Made by a program: the position numbers and the translations under genes. Under the pieces are notes generated by a model that searched no databases, was not told the DNA's origin, and worked only from the letters and a program-made list of their open reading frames with translations. 64,000 nt of DNA. It comes from Candidatus Limnocylindrales bacterium. GTDB lineage: Bacteria; Chloroflexota; Limnocylindria; Limnocylindrales; CSP1-4. Within the stretch, counting starts at the first letter, position 1; the number at the start of each line of letters is the position of its first letter. This document shows, piece after piece, positions 50,745 through 61,201 of this stretch. The DNA lies in the NCBI GenBank assembly GCA_051306295.1, contig JBPPMZ010000086.1, forward strand, positions 13,015 to 77,014, written 5' to 3'.

Positions 50745-51980
50745 GTGGATCCTTGGTTCGCCGTAGCCCTCGTCCTGAGCATCGTGGTGGTAGGCCTGAT
50801 CTGGCCCGCGTCGCAGCAGGCCCGGACGGCCGCTCGGATCCGATCGGCCCTCGGCGCCGGCGGAGCGACGGACCTGGGTGCCGGCGTCGCACGGCTTCGG
50901 GCCGATCTCGACGCTCGGAACCGGGAGCTCGCGACCGGTCGTGAGGCGACCGCCCGGCTCATCGAGGCCGTGGGTCCGGGCGTCCTGACCATCGATCGCG
51001 ACCTGCGCATCGTGGATGCCAACCCCGCCGCTCACCTGCTTCTCGACCGCGCGGTCGGCACCCTCCTGGGCAAGACGGTCATGGAGGCCTTCCTGGACGC
51101 GACGGTCGACTCCACCGCGCGCTCCGCGCTCGATGTCGGGGCCGCCGCCACCGAGATCAGGCGCGCCGGCGCTGATGGTCCGGCGATGGTGGTCCGTGCC
51201 CGTCGATCCCCGGCCGGCGGGGCCTGGTTGATGCTCGACGATGTCTCTGAGCTGCGCCGGCTCCAGCGCATCCGCGCCGAGTTCATCGACAACCTGTCGC
51301 ATGAACTGCGCACCCCGCTGACGACGGTCAGCCTGCTGGCCGAGACCCTGTCACGCGAGGCGGCCGTGGCTGGTGCCGCCATCCCGGACAAGATGCGTGA
51401 TCGCATCGCCAAGATCGAGGTCGAGACGGGCCACCTGGTCCAGATGGTCAATGAGCTCCTGGATCTGTCCCGGATCGAAAGCGGTGGGACCGTTCACCTC
51501 ACGGACGGGCTGGATGTCGGGACGTTGGCCGCGGACGCGGCAGATCGCCTTCGGTTGTTCGCCGAGCGCCAGGGGGTCGACCTTCGCCTGGAGCGGGGGA
51601 CTGACCTCCCACTGATCAGAGGCGACGGACCGCGCCTTGGGCAGGTCGTCGTGAACCTGGTGCACAACGCCGTCAAGTTCAGCCCTGACGGTGGGATCGT
51701 CACGGTTCGCGCCGGATCGTCAGGTGGCGAGGTCGTGGTGTCGGTCGAGGATCACGGCCTGGGGATCCCGCGGGCCGCGCAGGATCGCGTCTTCGAGCGG
51801 TTCTACAAGGTGGATCGGGCGCGCCAGCGACCCGAGGTCGGCGGCGGGACGGGTCTCGGCCTGGCCATCGCGCGCCACGTCATCGAACAGCACGGCGGCC
51901 GGATCTGGGTCGAATCGGAGGAGGGCGTCGGGTCGACGTTCCGCTTCGCCCTGCCCGTCGCCGACGCGCCTGGCAGCTGA
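50745..51980 (+). CDS. PAS sensor histidine kinase (PhoR/SenX3-like)
   Basis: EFIDNLSHELRTPL, NLVHNAVKF, RVFERFYKVDRAR and GGTGLGLAI motifs; start codon uncertain. Confidence 0.92.
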   Translation: MDPWFAVALVLSIVVVGLIWPASQQARTAARIRSALGAGGATDLGAGVARLRADLDARNRELATGREATARLIEAVGPGVLTIDRDLRIVDANPAAHLLLDRAVGTLLGKTVMEAFLDATVDSTARSALDVGAAATEIRRAGADGPAMVVRARRSPAGGAWLMLDDVSELRRLQRIRAEFIDNLSHELRTPLTTVSLLAETLSREAAVAGAAIPDKMRDRIAKIEVETGHLVQMVNELLDLSRIESGGTVHLTDGLDVGTLAADAADRLRLFAERQGVDLRLERGTDLPLIRGDGPRLGQVVVNLVHNAVKFSPDGGIVTVRAGSSGGEVVVSVEDHGLGIPRAAQDRVFERFYKVDRARQRPEVGGGTGLGLAIARHVIEQHGGRIWVESEEGVGSTFRFALPVADAPGS

Positions 51981-52008
51981 CTCGGCCCACGGGCACCGCG
52001 GAGGAACG

Positions 52009-52764
52009 ATGGATCGACTGCACGTCGCCACGCTGAACATCCTGAACCTGGCCGACCGCTGGCCGGAACGCCTGCCGCTCATCCTGGCCGACATGGCGGC
52101 ACTCCAGCCGGACATCCTGGGTCTGCAGGAAGTGGTGTACGTCATGCAGCAGGACCGCCTGATCGGGGCGGCGGGCGAGGGTCGGTACGCGGCCCACCGC
52201 GCCTGGGCCGGCCGACCGGAGTACGGCAACAGCCTCCTGGTTCGGGAGCCGTTGGCCGCGACGGATGTGGCGCGGCTGGACCTGGGTTCCGGGCGATCCG
52301 CGCTGCGATCCATCGTGGCCCTCCCCGGCGGCGCGCGGGTCCTGGTGGTCGTGACGCATCTCCATCACGTCGTGGAGGGCGAAGCCGAGCGCGATGAACA
52401 GACCCGTCAGCTGCTCGCGTGGTTGGCTGGCGCGCCCGCAGCGGACGTCCAGGTCGTGGTCGGCGACTTCAACGCCGAGCCAGTCGAGGCCACCTACGCG
52501 CGGATGCTGGGCGCGGGCTACCAGTCCGCCTACGCCGAGGTGAACGGGGCGGAACCCGAAATGACGTGGCCGTCGGGGCTGCAGGCGCCCGCCATGGACA
52601 CCGACGGCGACCCCGGTTGCCTCGACTACGTCTGGTTGCGGGGGTCCGTGCGGGTCATCTCGGCCCGCTTGGCGTTCGACCGACCGCACCCCGAGGACGC
52701 GACCCTCTACCCGAGCGATCACCTGGGCATCAGCGCACACCTGGAGATCGGGGCGGAGGGGTGA
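52009..52764 (+). CDS. Endonuclease/exonuclease/phosphatase (EEP) family protein
   Basis: TLNI, LQEV, THL, GDFN, LDYV and SDH motifs. Confidence 0.9.
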   Translation: MDRLHVATLNILNLADRWPERLPLILADMAALQPDILGLQEVVYVMQQDRLIGAAGEGRYAAHRAWAGRPEYGNSLLVREPLAATDVARLDLGSGRSALRSIVALPGGARVLVVVTHLHHVVEGEAERDEQTRQLLAWLAGAPAADVQVVVGDFNAEPVEATYARMLGAGYQSAYAEVNGAEPEMTWPSGLQAPAMDTDGDPGCLDYVWLRGSVRVISARLAFDRPHPEDATLYPSDHLGISAHLEIGAEG

Positions 52765-53435
52765 CGGAGGGGGGGTCGCGACCGCTCCGGCTCGCCCATC
52801 GGGGCGACTGGCGACACGGACCGGAGAACACGTGGGCAGCCTTCCTCGCGGCCCTGGCCGTGCCGGCCTGCGGCGGCCTGGAGTTCGACGTCCGTGTGTC
52901 GGCCGACGGGGTGCCGGTCATCCTCCACGACGAGACGCTGACCCGCGTCCAGGGGCGGCCGGAGCGAGCGGACGCACTCACCGAGTTCGAGCTTGCGGCG
53001 GCCGGCGTGCCGACCCTCGCCGAGGTCCTTCGCCTCGCGCCACGGGACGCCTTCCTGGACGTCGAGCTCAAGGGCGACCACGGCCAGGCAGTCGCGGACG
53101 TGCTGGCGGCCGGACGAGGTCCGACGCTGGTCAACGCGGTGGTCTCGTCCTTCGAGACCGACACGCTGGAGCGGATCGGCGCGCTGGCGCCCACCTGGCC
53201 GCGCTGGCTGAATGCCGAGGATCTGTCACCCTCGACGCTGGCCGTGGCCGTGGGCCTTGGCTGTCGTGGGATCGCCGCTGAGTGGCGTGCGATCGACCGG
53301 CGCTCGGCTGCCCGGGTCCGTGCCGCCGGCCTGGAGCTCGCGGCCTGGACCGTGCGCCGCCGCCCGACCTTCGATCGGCTGGCGGGGCTTGGCGTCGTCG
53401 CCGTGTGCGTGGAAGCGGCCGCCCTCGACGGTTGA
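52761..53435 (+). CDS. Glycerophosphodiester phosphodiesterase
   Basis: AHRG, PENT, EFDV, HDETL, ELK and WTV motifs. Confidence 0.88.
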   Translation: MTEGGSRPLRLAHRGDWRHGPENTWAAFLAALAVPACGGLEFDVRVSADGVPVILHDETLTRVQGRPERADALTEFELAAAGVPTLAEVLRLAPRDAFLDVELKGDHGQAVADVLAAGRGPTLVNAVVSSFETDTLERIGALAPTWPRWLNAEDLSPSTLAVAVGLGCRGIAAEWRAIDRRSAARVRAAGLELAAWTVRRRPTFDRLAGLGVVAVCVEAAALDG

Positions 53436-53445
53436 CGGCCGGCGT

Positions 53446-53478
53446 ATCGTACGTACGATCGGAAGAATACGTACGTTT
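53446..53478. promoter_or_regulatory. Tandem palindromic operator of the toxin-antitoxin operon
   Basis: ATCGTACGTACGAT followed by a second TACGTACG site 20 bp later. Confidence 0.7.
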
Positions 53479-53488
53479 CGGAGAGCAT

Positions 53489-53767
53489 ATGGCGAATGTC
53501 GTCGGCGAGCGATTCCAGATCACCATCGACAAGCAGGTCCGTCAACGATTGGGCATCAAGCCCGGCGACCGCGCGGTCGAGCACGTGATCGATGGTCGAT
53601 TGGTCGTCGATTTCATCCCCGCGCCGCATCGAGAATCACTGCGCGGCATCTTCAAGCGGCCAGGACAGCCGGTCGTCACCGATTGGCAAGCCCTGCGCGA
53701 CCGGGCGTGGGGATGGCGGTCCGCGGAGGCGACTGACGACCGGTCGCCCGGGTCGGAAGACCGCTGA
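53489..53767 (+). CDS. AbrB/MazE-type antitoxin (VapB-like)
   Basis: RFQITIDKQVRQRLGIKPGD. Confidence 0.85.
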   Translation: MANVVGERFQITIDKQVRQRLGIKPGDRAVEHVIDGRLVVDFIPAPHRESLRGIFKRPGQPVVTDWQALRDRAWGWRSAEATDDRSPGSEDR

Positions 53768-53769
53768 CC

Positions 53770-54168
53770 ATGCGGGTCTTCTGCGATACCGGGGTGCTAG
53801 TCCGCTACTTCGTCGATGACGATCCGCCGAGGTCGCTCGCGGCGGCGACGCTCGTCGACTCCGACCACACCCTGATCGTCAGCACGGCCGTCCTCCTTGA
53901 GCTCGTGCATGCTCTGCGGACCGACTACGGAATCGCAAACCCCGACCTCGGCGCCGGGCTCATCCGGTTCCTGTCCCGTGAGGACGTCGAGCTGTCGGAC
54001 GCCGACCAGGCAGCGACCATCGCTGGCATCGACTGGTCCCTTCGAACGTCTGCCCGACGCATCCCGGATGCCATCATCGCCGCGGCGGCCGAGCATGCCC
54101 GGTGCGACATCATCGCCAGCTTCGACGAGTCATTCCGATCGCCGTCGGTCCCGGTGCGGCTCCTCTGA
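53770..54168 (+). CDS. PIN-domain toxin (VapC-like)
   Basis: DTGVLV, LLEL, DAII and SFD acidic PIN pattern. Confidence 0.85.
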   Translation: MRVFCDTGVLVRYFVDDDPPRSLAAATLVDSDHTLIVSTAVLLELVHALRTDYGIANPDLGAGLIRFLSREDVELSDADQAATIAGIDWSLRTSARRIPDAIIAAAAEHARCDIIASFDESFRSPSVPVRLL

Positions 54169-54259
54169 CGGTGGGCGAGTCGGTGCATCGCGCAGGACGC
54201 TCGATCGCTGGGATGGCCGCGACCCGTATCGTCGGGGCCATGCAGCGCGGCGAATGCGG

Positions 54260-55146
54260 ATGACGCTCGACCGGGCGGACCTCGTGGTCGTCGGGGCCGG
54301 GACGCTGGGCGGCTGGGCGTCGGTCTTCGCGACGGAGGCCGGGCTCGGGCGGGTCGTGGTCCTGGAGCGCGGTCAGGCCGGGATGGGCGCGTCGTCGCGG
54401 GCGGCTGGCATCGTGCGGGCGCAGGGTGGCACGCCCGCGACCGTCGCGCTGGGTCGCTGGTCGATCGACTTCTATCGCGGCCAGGCCGCGACCTACGGCA
54501 CCGACTCGGGCTTCCGCGAGCTCGGCTACCTCATCCTGGCGATCACCGAGGACGACGAGCGGGCCGGCCGCGAGCGCATCGCGATGCAGCACGCGAAGGG
54601 TCTATCCGATGTCGGGTGGCTGGAGGCCACCGAGGCCGCGACGCTCGCTCGCACCCTGGCCACGGACGGCCACCGCGGCGGCAGCTACCGGGCCGGCGAC
54701 GGCCACATCGACCCGCCGCGCAATGTGCGGGCGTACTCGCTGGCGATGCAGCGGGCCGGCGTCGAGCTGCGCGAGGGCGTCGCCTTCACGGGCCTCCGGA
54801 CGGACGGATCCGTCGGACGCGTCATCGCGGTCGAATCACCCGCGACCTGGGCCTCCGGCGGATCTGGGCCGCGACCATCGACTACACGCCGGACCACGCC
54901 CCGATCATCGGACCGGCTATCCGGCCCGATGGGTCGCGCCTCCAGGGCGTCACGGTCGCGGCCGCCGGTGGCCACGGGATGATGTGGGGCCCGGGCATCG
55001 CGCGAGCGGCCGTGGACCTCGTCCTGCACGGCACGACCGACGTCCTGGACGTCAGGGATCTCGGCCTGGACCGCTTCGACGACCAGGGACGGAGCCGGCT
55101 CGCGACCGACCCCGTGACGTTGCCCTACCCGGTCGGGGCGGACTGA
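54260..55146 (+). pseudogene. FAD-dependent oxidoreductase (DAO/sarcosine oxidase beta-like) with internal deletion and frameshift near 54835
   Basis: N-terminus GAGTLG..ASSRAAG..GHIDP..VIAVE in one frame; C-terminus WAATIDYTPDH..GGHGMMWGPG in another; middle segment missing. Confidence 0.8.
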
Positions 55147-55149
55147 CCC

Positions 55150-56037
55150 TTAGCAGCAGCCCGAGCCGCCGCAGCAGCCGTTGCTCTCGGCGAGGACCGG
55201 CAGGCCCTCGGCGGGGCGCGGCAGGTCCACGGTCCGGATGCGGTCCGGCGTCCAGTCCGTGGGCTTGGTGGCCGCGATGATCGCCCCATGGAGGCCGTCC
55301 GCGACCGCATGCGTGGACGTGATGCGGATGCCGGTCAGACCCACGGCCGCGAGGCCCTCGCGGTACTCGGAGAACGACAGCGCACCCGCGATGCAACCCA
55401 CGAACGAGCCGCGCTCGGCGCGCTCGCTCGGCGACAGGCTGTCGTCCGAGACGACATCGCTGATACCGATCCGGCCACCCGGGCGGAGGACGCGGGCGAT
55501 CTCGGCGAACACGCCCCCCTTGTCGGCCGAGAGGTTGACGACGCAGTTGCTGATGACCACGTCGACTGACGCGTCCGCGAGCGGGATCTGCTCGATCCGG
55601 CCCTGGCGGAACTCGACGTTGGTGGCGCCGGCCGCAGCCGCGTTCTGGCGGGCCAGTTCGAGCATCTCGTCGGTCATGTCCAGGCCATAGGCGAAACCTG
55701 TCGGGCCCACGCGCTGGGCGGACAGCAGGACATCGATCCCGCCGCCGGACCCCAGGTCCAGCACGGTCTCGCCCTCACGAAGCTCGGCGACCGAGGTCGG
55801 GTTGCCGCAGCCCAGGCTGGCCAGCACAGCGGCGTCGGGCAGGGAGGCGCGATCGCTCGCGTCGTACAGGATCTCGCCGAAGACCCCGCCACTGTTGGGG
55901 GCGCAGCACGCGCTCGCGGTGCCCGCCGGTGCGTCGAGGATGCCGCGGGCCGCCGCCGCGTACTTGGCCCGGACGTCGTCGACGATGGCGTCGCTCGTGG
56001 CGTCGCCCGCGCCGGGGATAGCGGTGTCGGTGGTCAT
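55150..56037 (-). CDS. arsM: Arsenite S-adenosylmethionine methyltransferase
   Basis: SLGCGNP, LDLGSGGG, ISNCVVNL and GCIAGAL motifs; N-terminal CC and C-terminal CCGGSGCC. Confidence 0.93.
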   Translation of the reverse strand: MTTDTAIPGAGDATSDAIVDDVRAKYAAAARGILDAPAGTASACCAPNSGGVFGEILYDASDRASLPDAAVLASLGCGNPTSVAELREGETVLDLGSGGGIDVLLSAQRVGPTGFAYGLDMTDEMLELARQNAAAAGATNVEFRQGRIEQIPLADASVDVVISNCVVNLSADKGGVFAEIARVLRPGGRIGISDVVSDDSLSPSERAERGSFVGCIAGALSFSEYREGLAAVGLTGIRITSTHAVADGLHGAIIAATKPTDWTPDRIRTVDLPRPAEGLPVLAESNGCCGGSGCC

Positions 56038-56129
56038 CGGGTTCCGTTCGTGATCTGCGGGTCAGGCGGGGCAGCAGTCGGGGGTGCGGGTCACCGGCTG
56101 CAGCCGCGCGCATCTCCCTGTCGGTTTCT

Positions 56130-56200
56130 GTTTCGATGGATATCAATATGTCGCACGACATCGATACTTGTCAATATCGAATCTCGACGATATAGTCCGC
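56130..56200. promoter_or_regulatory. AT-rich divergent arsM/arsR promoter-operator region
   Basis: Repeated ATCGA/TCGAT/ATCAA half-sites; TATAGT 6 nt before the arsR ATG. Confidence 0.55.
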
Positions 56201-56202
56201 CC

Positions 56203-56628
56203 ATGGGCCGAACCCGACGCACGGCCGAGTTGGACCCCGACGTCCGATTCCTGGCTGCCCTGGCCGATCCGACCCGCCTGGCGATCGTGCGGCAGCTGGC
56301 CGCCGAACAGGACGTCTGCGCCTGCGACTTCACGTCGTGCTGCGATGTCGGCCAGCCCACCGTGTCGCATCACCTCAAGGTCCTGCGCGAGGCCGGTGTG
56401 GTCGAGTCCGAGCGCCGCGGCAACTGGATCTTCTACCGCCTCCTGCCCGAGGCCGCGGAGCGTCTCGTCGGCATCGCCCGGTCCGTCACGCCGGGCGCGA
56501 CTCCCGCCGGCGGGCTTGATCCCGGTCGCGGATCTCGTGGCGCGTCGCCGTCCGGCGACAGAGGTCAGCGCTCCGGTCTGAGCAGGTCAGGCGTGACCAG
56601 CCAGCGCAGCGTCCCAGCGCCCGCCTGA
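56203..56628 (+). CDS. arsR: ArsR-family arsenic-responsive repressor
   Basis: LADPTRL, DVCACD..CC, QPTVSHHLKVL and ERRGNWIFY motifs. Confidence 0.88.
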   Translation: MGRTRRTAELDPDVRFLAALADPTRLAIVRQLAAEQDVCACDFTSCCDVGQPTVSHHLKVLREAGVVESERRGNWIFYRLLPEAAERLVGIARSVTPGATPAGGLDPGRGSRGASPSGDRGQRSGLSRSGVTSQRSVPAPA

Positions 56629-57047
56629 AAGGGTCGATCGACCTCGATGCGGGCGAAGGCGCCTTTGCGCATCGGCACCCCGGCCGCGCCGCACAGCACC
56701 GCCACCAGCTCACTCAAGTCCGGATCGTGGCCGACCAGCACCGGCAGGACCGGGTCGTGATGATCGCGCAGGATGGCCTCCAGCGCCGACAGGCCAACAG
56801 GCCCGCCAAGTCGCTCGTCAACGACGACCGGCAGCGCCAGGTGGCTGGCCACGACCTCCGCGGTCTGGCTGGCCCGTAGCTTCGGCGAGGTCAGGACGGC
56901 GTCCGTCGCGAACCGGCGCTCCGCGAGGAATCGCCCCAGCCGCTTGGCCTGGGCGAGGCCCTTGTCCGTCAGCGGTCGGGTGTCGTCGGGGCCATCCCAG
57001 GCCACCGCGTCGCCGGCGTGGGCGTGGCGCAGGAGGTGCAGGTACAT
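56565..57047 (-). CDS. sixA: SixA-like phosphohistidine phosphatase
   Basis: LRHAHA, RPLTDKG, TSPKLRASQT and LVGHDP motifs. Confidence 0.85.
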   Translation of the reverse strand: MYLHLLRHAHAGDAVAWDGPDDTRPLTDKGLAQAKRLGRFLAERRFATDAVLTSPKLRASQTAEVVASHLALPVVVDERLGGPVGLSALEAILRDHHDPVLPVLVGHDPDLSELVAVLCGAAGVPMRKGAFARIEVDRPFQAGAGTLRWLVTPDLLRPER

Positions 57048-57487
57048 CAGGTCCGATGGCGGCGGGTGACGGTCGCGAACTGGGCGACCCGCTCGCTGAT
57101 CTGGATCAACACCTTGCGGAAGACCGCCAGCCGCTCCGCCTCCGTGCCCGTGGCCGCGGCCGGATCCTCGTACCCCCAGTGGAGCGACTCGTGGACGCCC
57201 GGGAAGACCGGGCAGGTCTGGCGTGCCTGGTCGCAGACCGTGACGACATAGTCGAACGACTGGTCCAGGAACTCGGTCACCGACTTGGAGCGCGCGAACG
57301 AGGCATCGATGCCGGCTTCGGCGAGCACTCGGAGGGTCAGGGGGTTGATGCCCTTGGGCTCGGTGCCGGCGCTGAAGACCTCGAAGTCGCCCCCGCCGCG
57401 GTGGCGGAGCATGGCCTCGGCCATGACGCTGCGGGCGGAGTTTCCGGTGCACACGAACAGCACGCGGATCGGATCGGCGCGACTCAT
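57047..57487 (-). CDS. arsC: Arsenate reductase (LMW-PTP fold, thioredoxin type)
   Basis: CTGNSARS, TVCD..CP and HWGYEDP motifs. Confidence 0.9.
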   Translation of the reverse strand: MSRADPIRVLFVCTGNSARSVMAEAMLRHRGGGDFEVFSAGTEPKGINPLTLRVLAEAGIDASFARSKSVTEFLDQSFDYVVTVCDQARQTCPVFPGVHESLHWGYEDPAAATGTEAERLAVFRKVLIQISERVAQFATVTRRHRT

Positions 57488-58239
57488 GGGTTCAGGTCCT
57501 CCACATCCCCCGTGACGAGGTACACGATGTCCTCGGCGATGTTCGTGGCACGATCGCCGATACGCTCCAGATAGTGGGACGCGATGATGATCCGGGTCCC
57601 GCGCTCGACGTTGGCCGGGTCCTCGCGCATGAGGGACACGACCTCGTCGAACGTCTCGTGATACAGGCGGTCGATCTCGTCGTCGAGGACGGCGATCTCG
57701 CGCGCTGCGACCGCATCGATATCGACCAGCGCCCGAAGGACGCCGTGGACCAGGACGGCCCCGCGCTCGGCCATCGCCGGCAGGTGGATGTAGTCCTTGA
57801 GGGGAGCCTCCGGTGCCAGCTTCAGGACCTGCTTGGCGACCGATGAGGCATGGTCGCCGATGCGCTCCAGCTCGTACATCACGTGGTCCAGCGTGAGCAG
57901 GTAGCGCAGGTCGCGGGCGACCGGGCTCTGGGTCGCGATGGTAACGGAGATCAGGCGCGTCACGGAGCGCTGCGCCTCGTTGATCACGGCGTCGCCCTTG
58001 ATGATCCGCAGCGCCAGCTCCGTGTCGTGGGCCTGGAGCGCCCGGCTGGCGTCCCGGATGGCCTCCTCGACGAGGCTGCCCATGCGCAGGACGGCATCCT
58101 TGATCAGGTGCTCGTCGCGGTCGAGGGCTTCCCGCTTGGCCGGGACCCGGGTCGGCGACAGCCGGTCCTCGGCCTCGGACATCAGGTCCGCCACCTGGGC
58201 GTCGATGCGGGCCTCGGTCTCTTCGTGCTGGTCGGTCAT
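57484..58239 (-). CDS. phoU: Phosphate signalling protein PhoU
   Basis: QSPVARDLR, LERIGDH and LERIGDRATNIAE motifs. Confidence 0.95.
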   Translation of the reverse strand: MTDQHEETEARIDAQVADLMSEAEDRLSPTRVPAKREALDRDEHLIKDAVLRMGSLVEEAIRDASRALQAHDTELALRIIKGDAVINEAQRSVTRLISVTIATQSPVARDLRYLLTLDHVMYELERIGDHASSVAKQVLKLAPEAPLKDYIHLPAMAERGAVLVHGVLRALVDIDAVAAREIAVLDDEIDRLYHETFDEVVSLMREDPANVERGTRIIIASHYLERIGDRATNIAEDIVYLVTGDVEDLNP

Positions 58240-58252
58240 GTCGGCCCCCGGT

Positions 58253-59161
58253 TCAGCCGAACCGGCCGGACACGTAGTCCTCGGTCAGCTGGTGCTTTGG
58301 GTTGGTGAAGATGTCGAGCGTCGGAGCCTGCTCCACGATGTAGCCGGCGCGGTCATCGGCCATGTTCATGAAGATCGTGAAGTCGGACGCCCGTGCCGCC
58401 TGCTGCATGTTGTGTGTCACGATGATGATCGTGTAATTCTGCTTGAGTTCGAACATCAGCTCTTCGATCTGTAGCGTCGAGCGCGGATCGAGCGCCGACG
58501 CCGGTTCGTCCATCAGGATGATGTCGGGCTCGACGGCGACCGCTCGGGCGATGCACAGTCGCTGCTGCTGCCCGCCTGACAGCGCCAGCCCGGACTGCTT
58601 GAGTTTGTCCTTGACGTCGTCCCAGAGGGCGGCCCGCCGCAGGCTCGTCTCGACCAGTTCGGACAGGTTGCCCTTGAACCCGTTGAGGCGCGGTCCGAAC
58701 GCGACGTTGTCGTAGATCGACTTCGGGAACGGGTTGGGCTTCTGGAAGACCATGCCGATCCGGCGCCGCACTTCGACCGGGTCGACCTCAGGTCCGTACA
58801 GATTCTCGCCGTGATAGAGGACCTCTCCCTCGAGGCGTGTCCCAGGGATCAACTCGTTCATCCGATTGACGGAGCGAAGGAGGGTGGACTTCCCGCTGCC
58901 CGAAGGGCCGATCAGCGAGGTGATGGCCTTTACCGGCACGTCGAAGCTGATCTCCTTGACCGCCCGGAAGGCACCGTAGTAGATGGAGACATCGCGCAGG
59001 ACGACCGCTGAATCGCGACGGACCAGATCATCCTCGGTCAGGCGAGAGGTCCGGCCCGAGCTTCCCAGGTCGGTGGCAAGGGTCACGGTCGGCTCCGACG
59101 CGCGCTCGGCAGGCCCAGCGGAGAGCCCTGCCGAGCTGGGATCGGTCGTCGTCGCTGGCAT
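58253..59161 (-). CDS. pstB: Phosphate ABC transporter ATP-binding protein
   Basis: [30 protein letters not shown] and YVSGRFG motifs. Confidence 0.96.
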   Translation of the reverse strand: MPATTTDPSSAGLSAGPAERASEPTVTLATDLGSSGRTSRLTEDDLVRRDSAVVLRDVSIYYGAFRAVKEISFDVPVKAITSLIGPSGSGKSTLLRSVNRMNELIPGTRLEGEVLYHGENLYGPEVDPVEVRRRIGMVFQKPNPFPKSIYDNVAFGPRLNGFKGNLSELVETSLRRAALWDDVKDKLKQSGLALSGGQQQRLCIARAVAVEPDIILMDEPASALDPRSTLQIEELMFELKQNYTIIIVTHNMQQAARASDFTIFMNMADDRAGYIVEQAPTLDIFTNPKHQLTEDYVSGRFG

Positions 59162-59217
59162 CAGGTTTCCTTTCGGCGTGTCCTTCTTCATGTCGGTCCG
59201 GCCGGCGTCCTCCCTCG

Positions 59218-60123
59218 TCATCGGCGGACCTGGCCACGGCGCGCGATGAACCGGGCGAGGATGGTCAGGGAGAGCACGATCACGACCAGCTCGAGCGCGC
59301 CGGCCCAGGCGCGCGCCTGACTCGCCTCGAACGGGAGTCGGGCACCTTCGAAGATGAGCAGTGGCAGTGCGGTCTGTGGTTCGCCGACCAGCGACGTGAC
59401 CAGGTAGGGCGTCCCGAACGCGGTCAGGATGAGCGGCGCCGTCTCCCCGGCCCCACGGGCAACCGCGAGCATGACCCCGGTCACGAGCCCAGAAGCGGCG
59501 GCGGGGAGCACGACCTGGATCGTCGTCTGCCAGCGGCGCGCGCCCATCGCCGTGCTGGCGTTGCGCAGGTCCATCGGAACGAGTTTGAGGATCTCCTCTG
59601 CCGAGCGAACGACGATGGGCAACATCAGAACGGCCACCGCCACGCCACCCGGAATGGTACCGAACCCGAGTCCCGCCTCGCGGACGAGCGCGGCATAGAC
59701 GAACAGCCCCACGAAGATCGAGGGGACGCCCGTCATGACATCGGTGAAGAAGCGAACCGGCGGAGCGAGGCGGCTTGTCGAGTACTCGGTCAGGAAGATC
59801 GCGCCAAGGATCCCGAGTGGGACGCTGATCCCGATGGCGATGCCCATGATCATCAGCGTACCGACCAGTCCGTGGATGAATCCACCGCCCTCCCGGCTGA
59901 ACGACAGAGGTTGGGTCGTCGTCAGGAACTCGAGGCTCATCGCCGGGAGGCCGCGCTGGAGCGTGATGAGCAGGATCAGGGCCAACGGGATGAGCGCCAC
60001 CACGAAGGTGCCGGTCAGGACGGCGCGCATGGCGAGATCCTTGTGTTGCCGAGCCTTGGCGTTCGCGGACGTCGAGCGAAACGTGCTGGGCAGGCCGGAC
60101 GCGGTCTGATCGATCGAGCTCAC
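59218..60123 (-). CDS. pstA: Phosphate ABC transporter permease PstA
   Basis: [10 protein letters not shown] and [10 protein letters not shown] motifs. Confidence 0.95.
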   Translation of the reverse strand: MSSIDQTASGLPSTFRSTSANAKARQHKDLAMRAVLTGTFVVALIPLALILLITLQRGLPAMSLEFLTTTQPLSFSREGGGFIHGLVGTLMIMGIAIGISVPLGILGAIFLTEYSTSRLAPPVRFFTDVMTGVPSIFVGLFVYAALVREAGLGFGTIPGGVAVAVLMLPIVVRSAEEILKLVPMDLRNASTAMGARRWQTTIQVVLPAAASGLVTGVMLAVARGAGETAPLILTAFGTPYLVTSLVGEPQTALPLLIFEGARLPFEASQARAWAGALELVVIVLSLTILARFIARRGQVRR

Positions 60124-61103
60124 AGCGCCGAATCCCCACCGATCGCGCCGATCCGCCAGATCACGAGTCGAGCGGAGATGTTGATGACGATCGTGATCAG
60201 GAAGAGTGCGACGCCGAGGGCGATGAGGCCGGCGATCCCCTCAGGACTCGCTTCACCGAAGCCGCTCGCGATCTGCCCTGCGATCGACTGACCCGGCTGG
60301 AACAGTTCGAAACCGATCCGGGCCGATCCGCCGATGACCAGCAGGACAGCGATCGTCTCGCCGAGGGCCCTCCCAAGGCCGAGCATCGTTGCGCCGACCA
60401 TGCCGGCGCGGGCGCGAGGGAGGACGACCTGCCACATGACCTCCCACCGCGTCGCGCCCATCCCGAAGGCCGCCAGCCGTTCATCGATGGGCGTTGTCGC
60501 AAAGACCTCGCGGATGATCGCGCTGATGATCGGCATGATCATCAGCGACAGCACCACGCCGGCCGCAAAGACGCTGCGTACCACGGCGGGTGGGGAGAAC
60601 AGTGGGATCACCTGGCCGATCGTCCCGGCCATCGTCTCCATAAGGGGGTAGATGAAGACCGGCACGAAGAAGGCCACGGCCCACAGGCCGATCACGACGC
60701 TCGGGATCATCGCCAGGAGGTCGATGGCGTAGGTCAGGGGGCCGCGCAACCGCGGGGTCGCTACCTCGGTCAGGAACAGTGCGATCCCCGTCGCCAACGG
60801 GACCGCGATGACGATGCCGATGAGGGCGGTGACGATGGTCCCGAAGATGAACGCCAGGGCCCCGTAGTCCCCGGTGATCTCCGTGCGGGAACTGCCAGGG
60901 CGCCAGACATCGCTCGTGAAGAAGCCCAGTCCTTCCTTCTCGAAGACCGGCCACGCCTCGAGCGTGGTCGAGACGATCATCCAGGCCACGATGACGAGGA
61001 CCATGGCAGCGGCCATCGTCGCCAGCGAGCGGAAGCCTCGATCGGCGAACCGCCCGATGCCGCGCGCCCGGAGGGTGGGACCGGAGGGCTGGGATGTCGT
61101 CAT
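60120..61103 (-). CDS. pstC: Phosphate ABC transporter permease PstC
   Basis: [15 protein letters not shown] and [10 protein letters not shown] motifs. Confidence 0.95.
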   Translation of the reverse strand: MTTSQPSGPTLRARGIGRFADRGFRSLATMAAAMVLVIVAWMIVSTTLEAWPVFEKEGLGFFTSDVWRPGSSRTEITGDYGALAFIFGTIVTALIGIVIAVPLATGIALFLTEVATPRLRGPLTYAIDLLAMIPSVVIGLWAVAFFVPVFIYPLMETMAGTIGQVIPLFSPPAVVRSVFAAGVVLSLMIMPIISAIIREVFATTPIDERLAAFGMGATRWEVMWQVVLPRARAGMVGATMLGLGRALGETIAVLLVIGGSARIGFELFQPGQSIAGQIASGFGEASPEGIAGLIALGVALFLITIVINISARLVIWRIGAIGGDSAL

Positions 61104-61131
61104 CGCTTGTCCGTCACCAGCATAGTGAGAA

Positions 61132-61173
61132 CCGGCATCGGGAGTCGCTCCGAGCTGCGAAACCCGATGCCGG
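61132..61173 (-). terminator. pstS-pstC intergenic stem-loop
   Basis: CCGGCATCGGG ... CCCGATGCCGG 11-bp inverted repeat. Confidence 0.6.
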
Positions 61174-61201
61174 GGAGGAGGAAGATGCTACGGGTGCGAG
61201 G

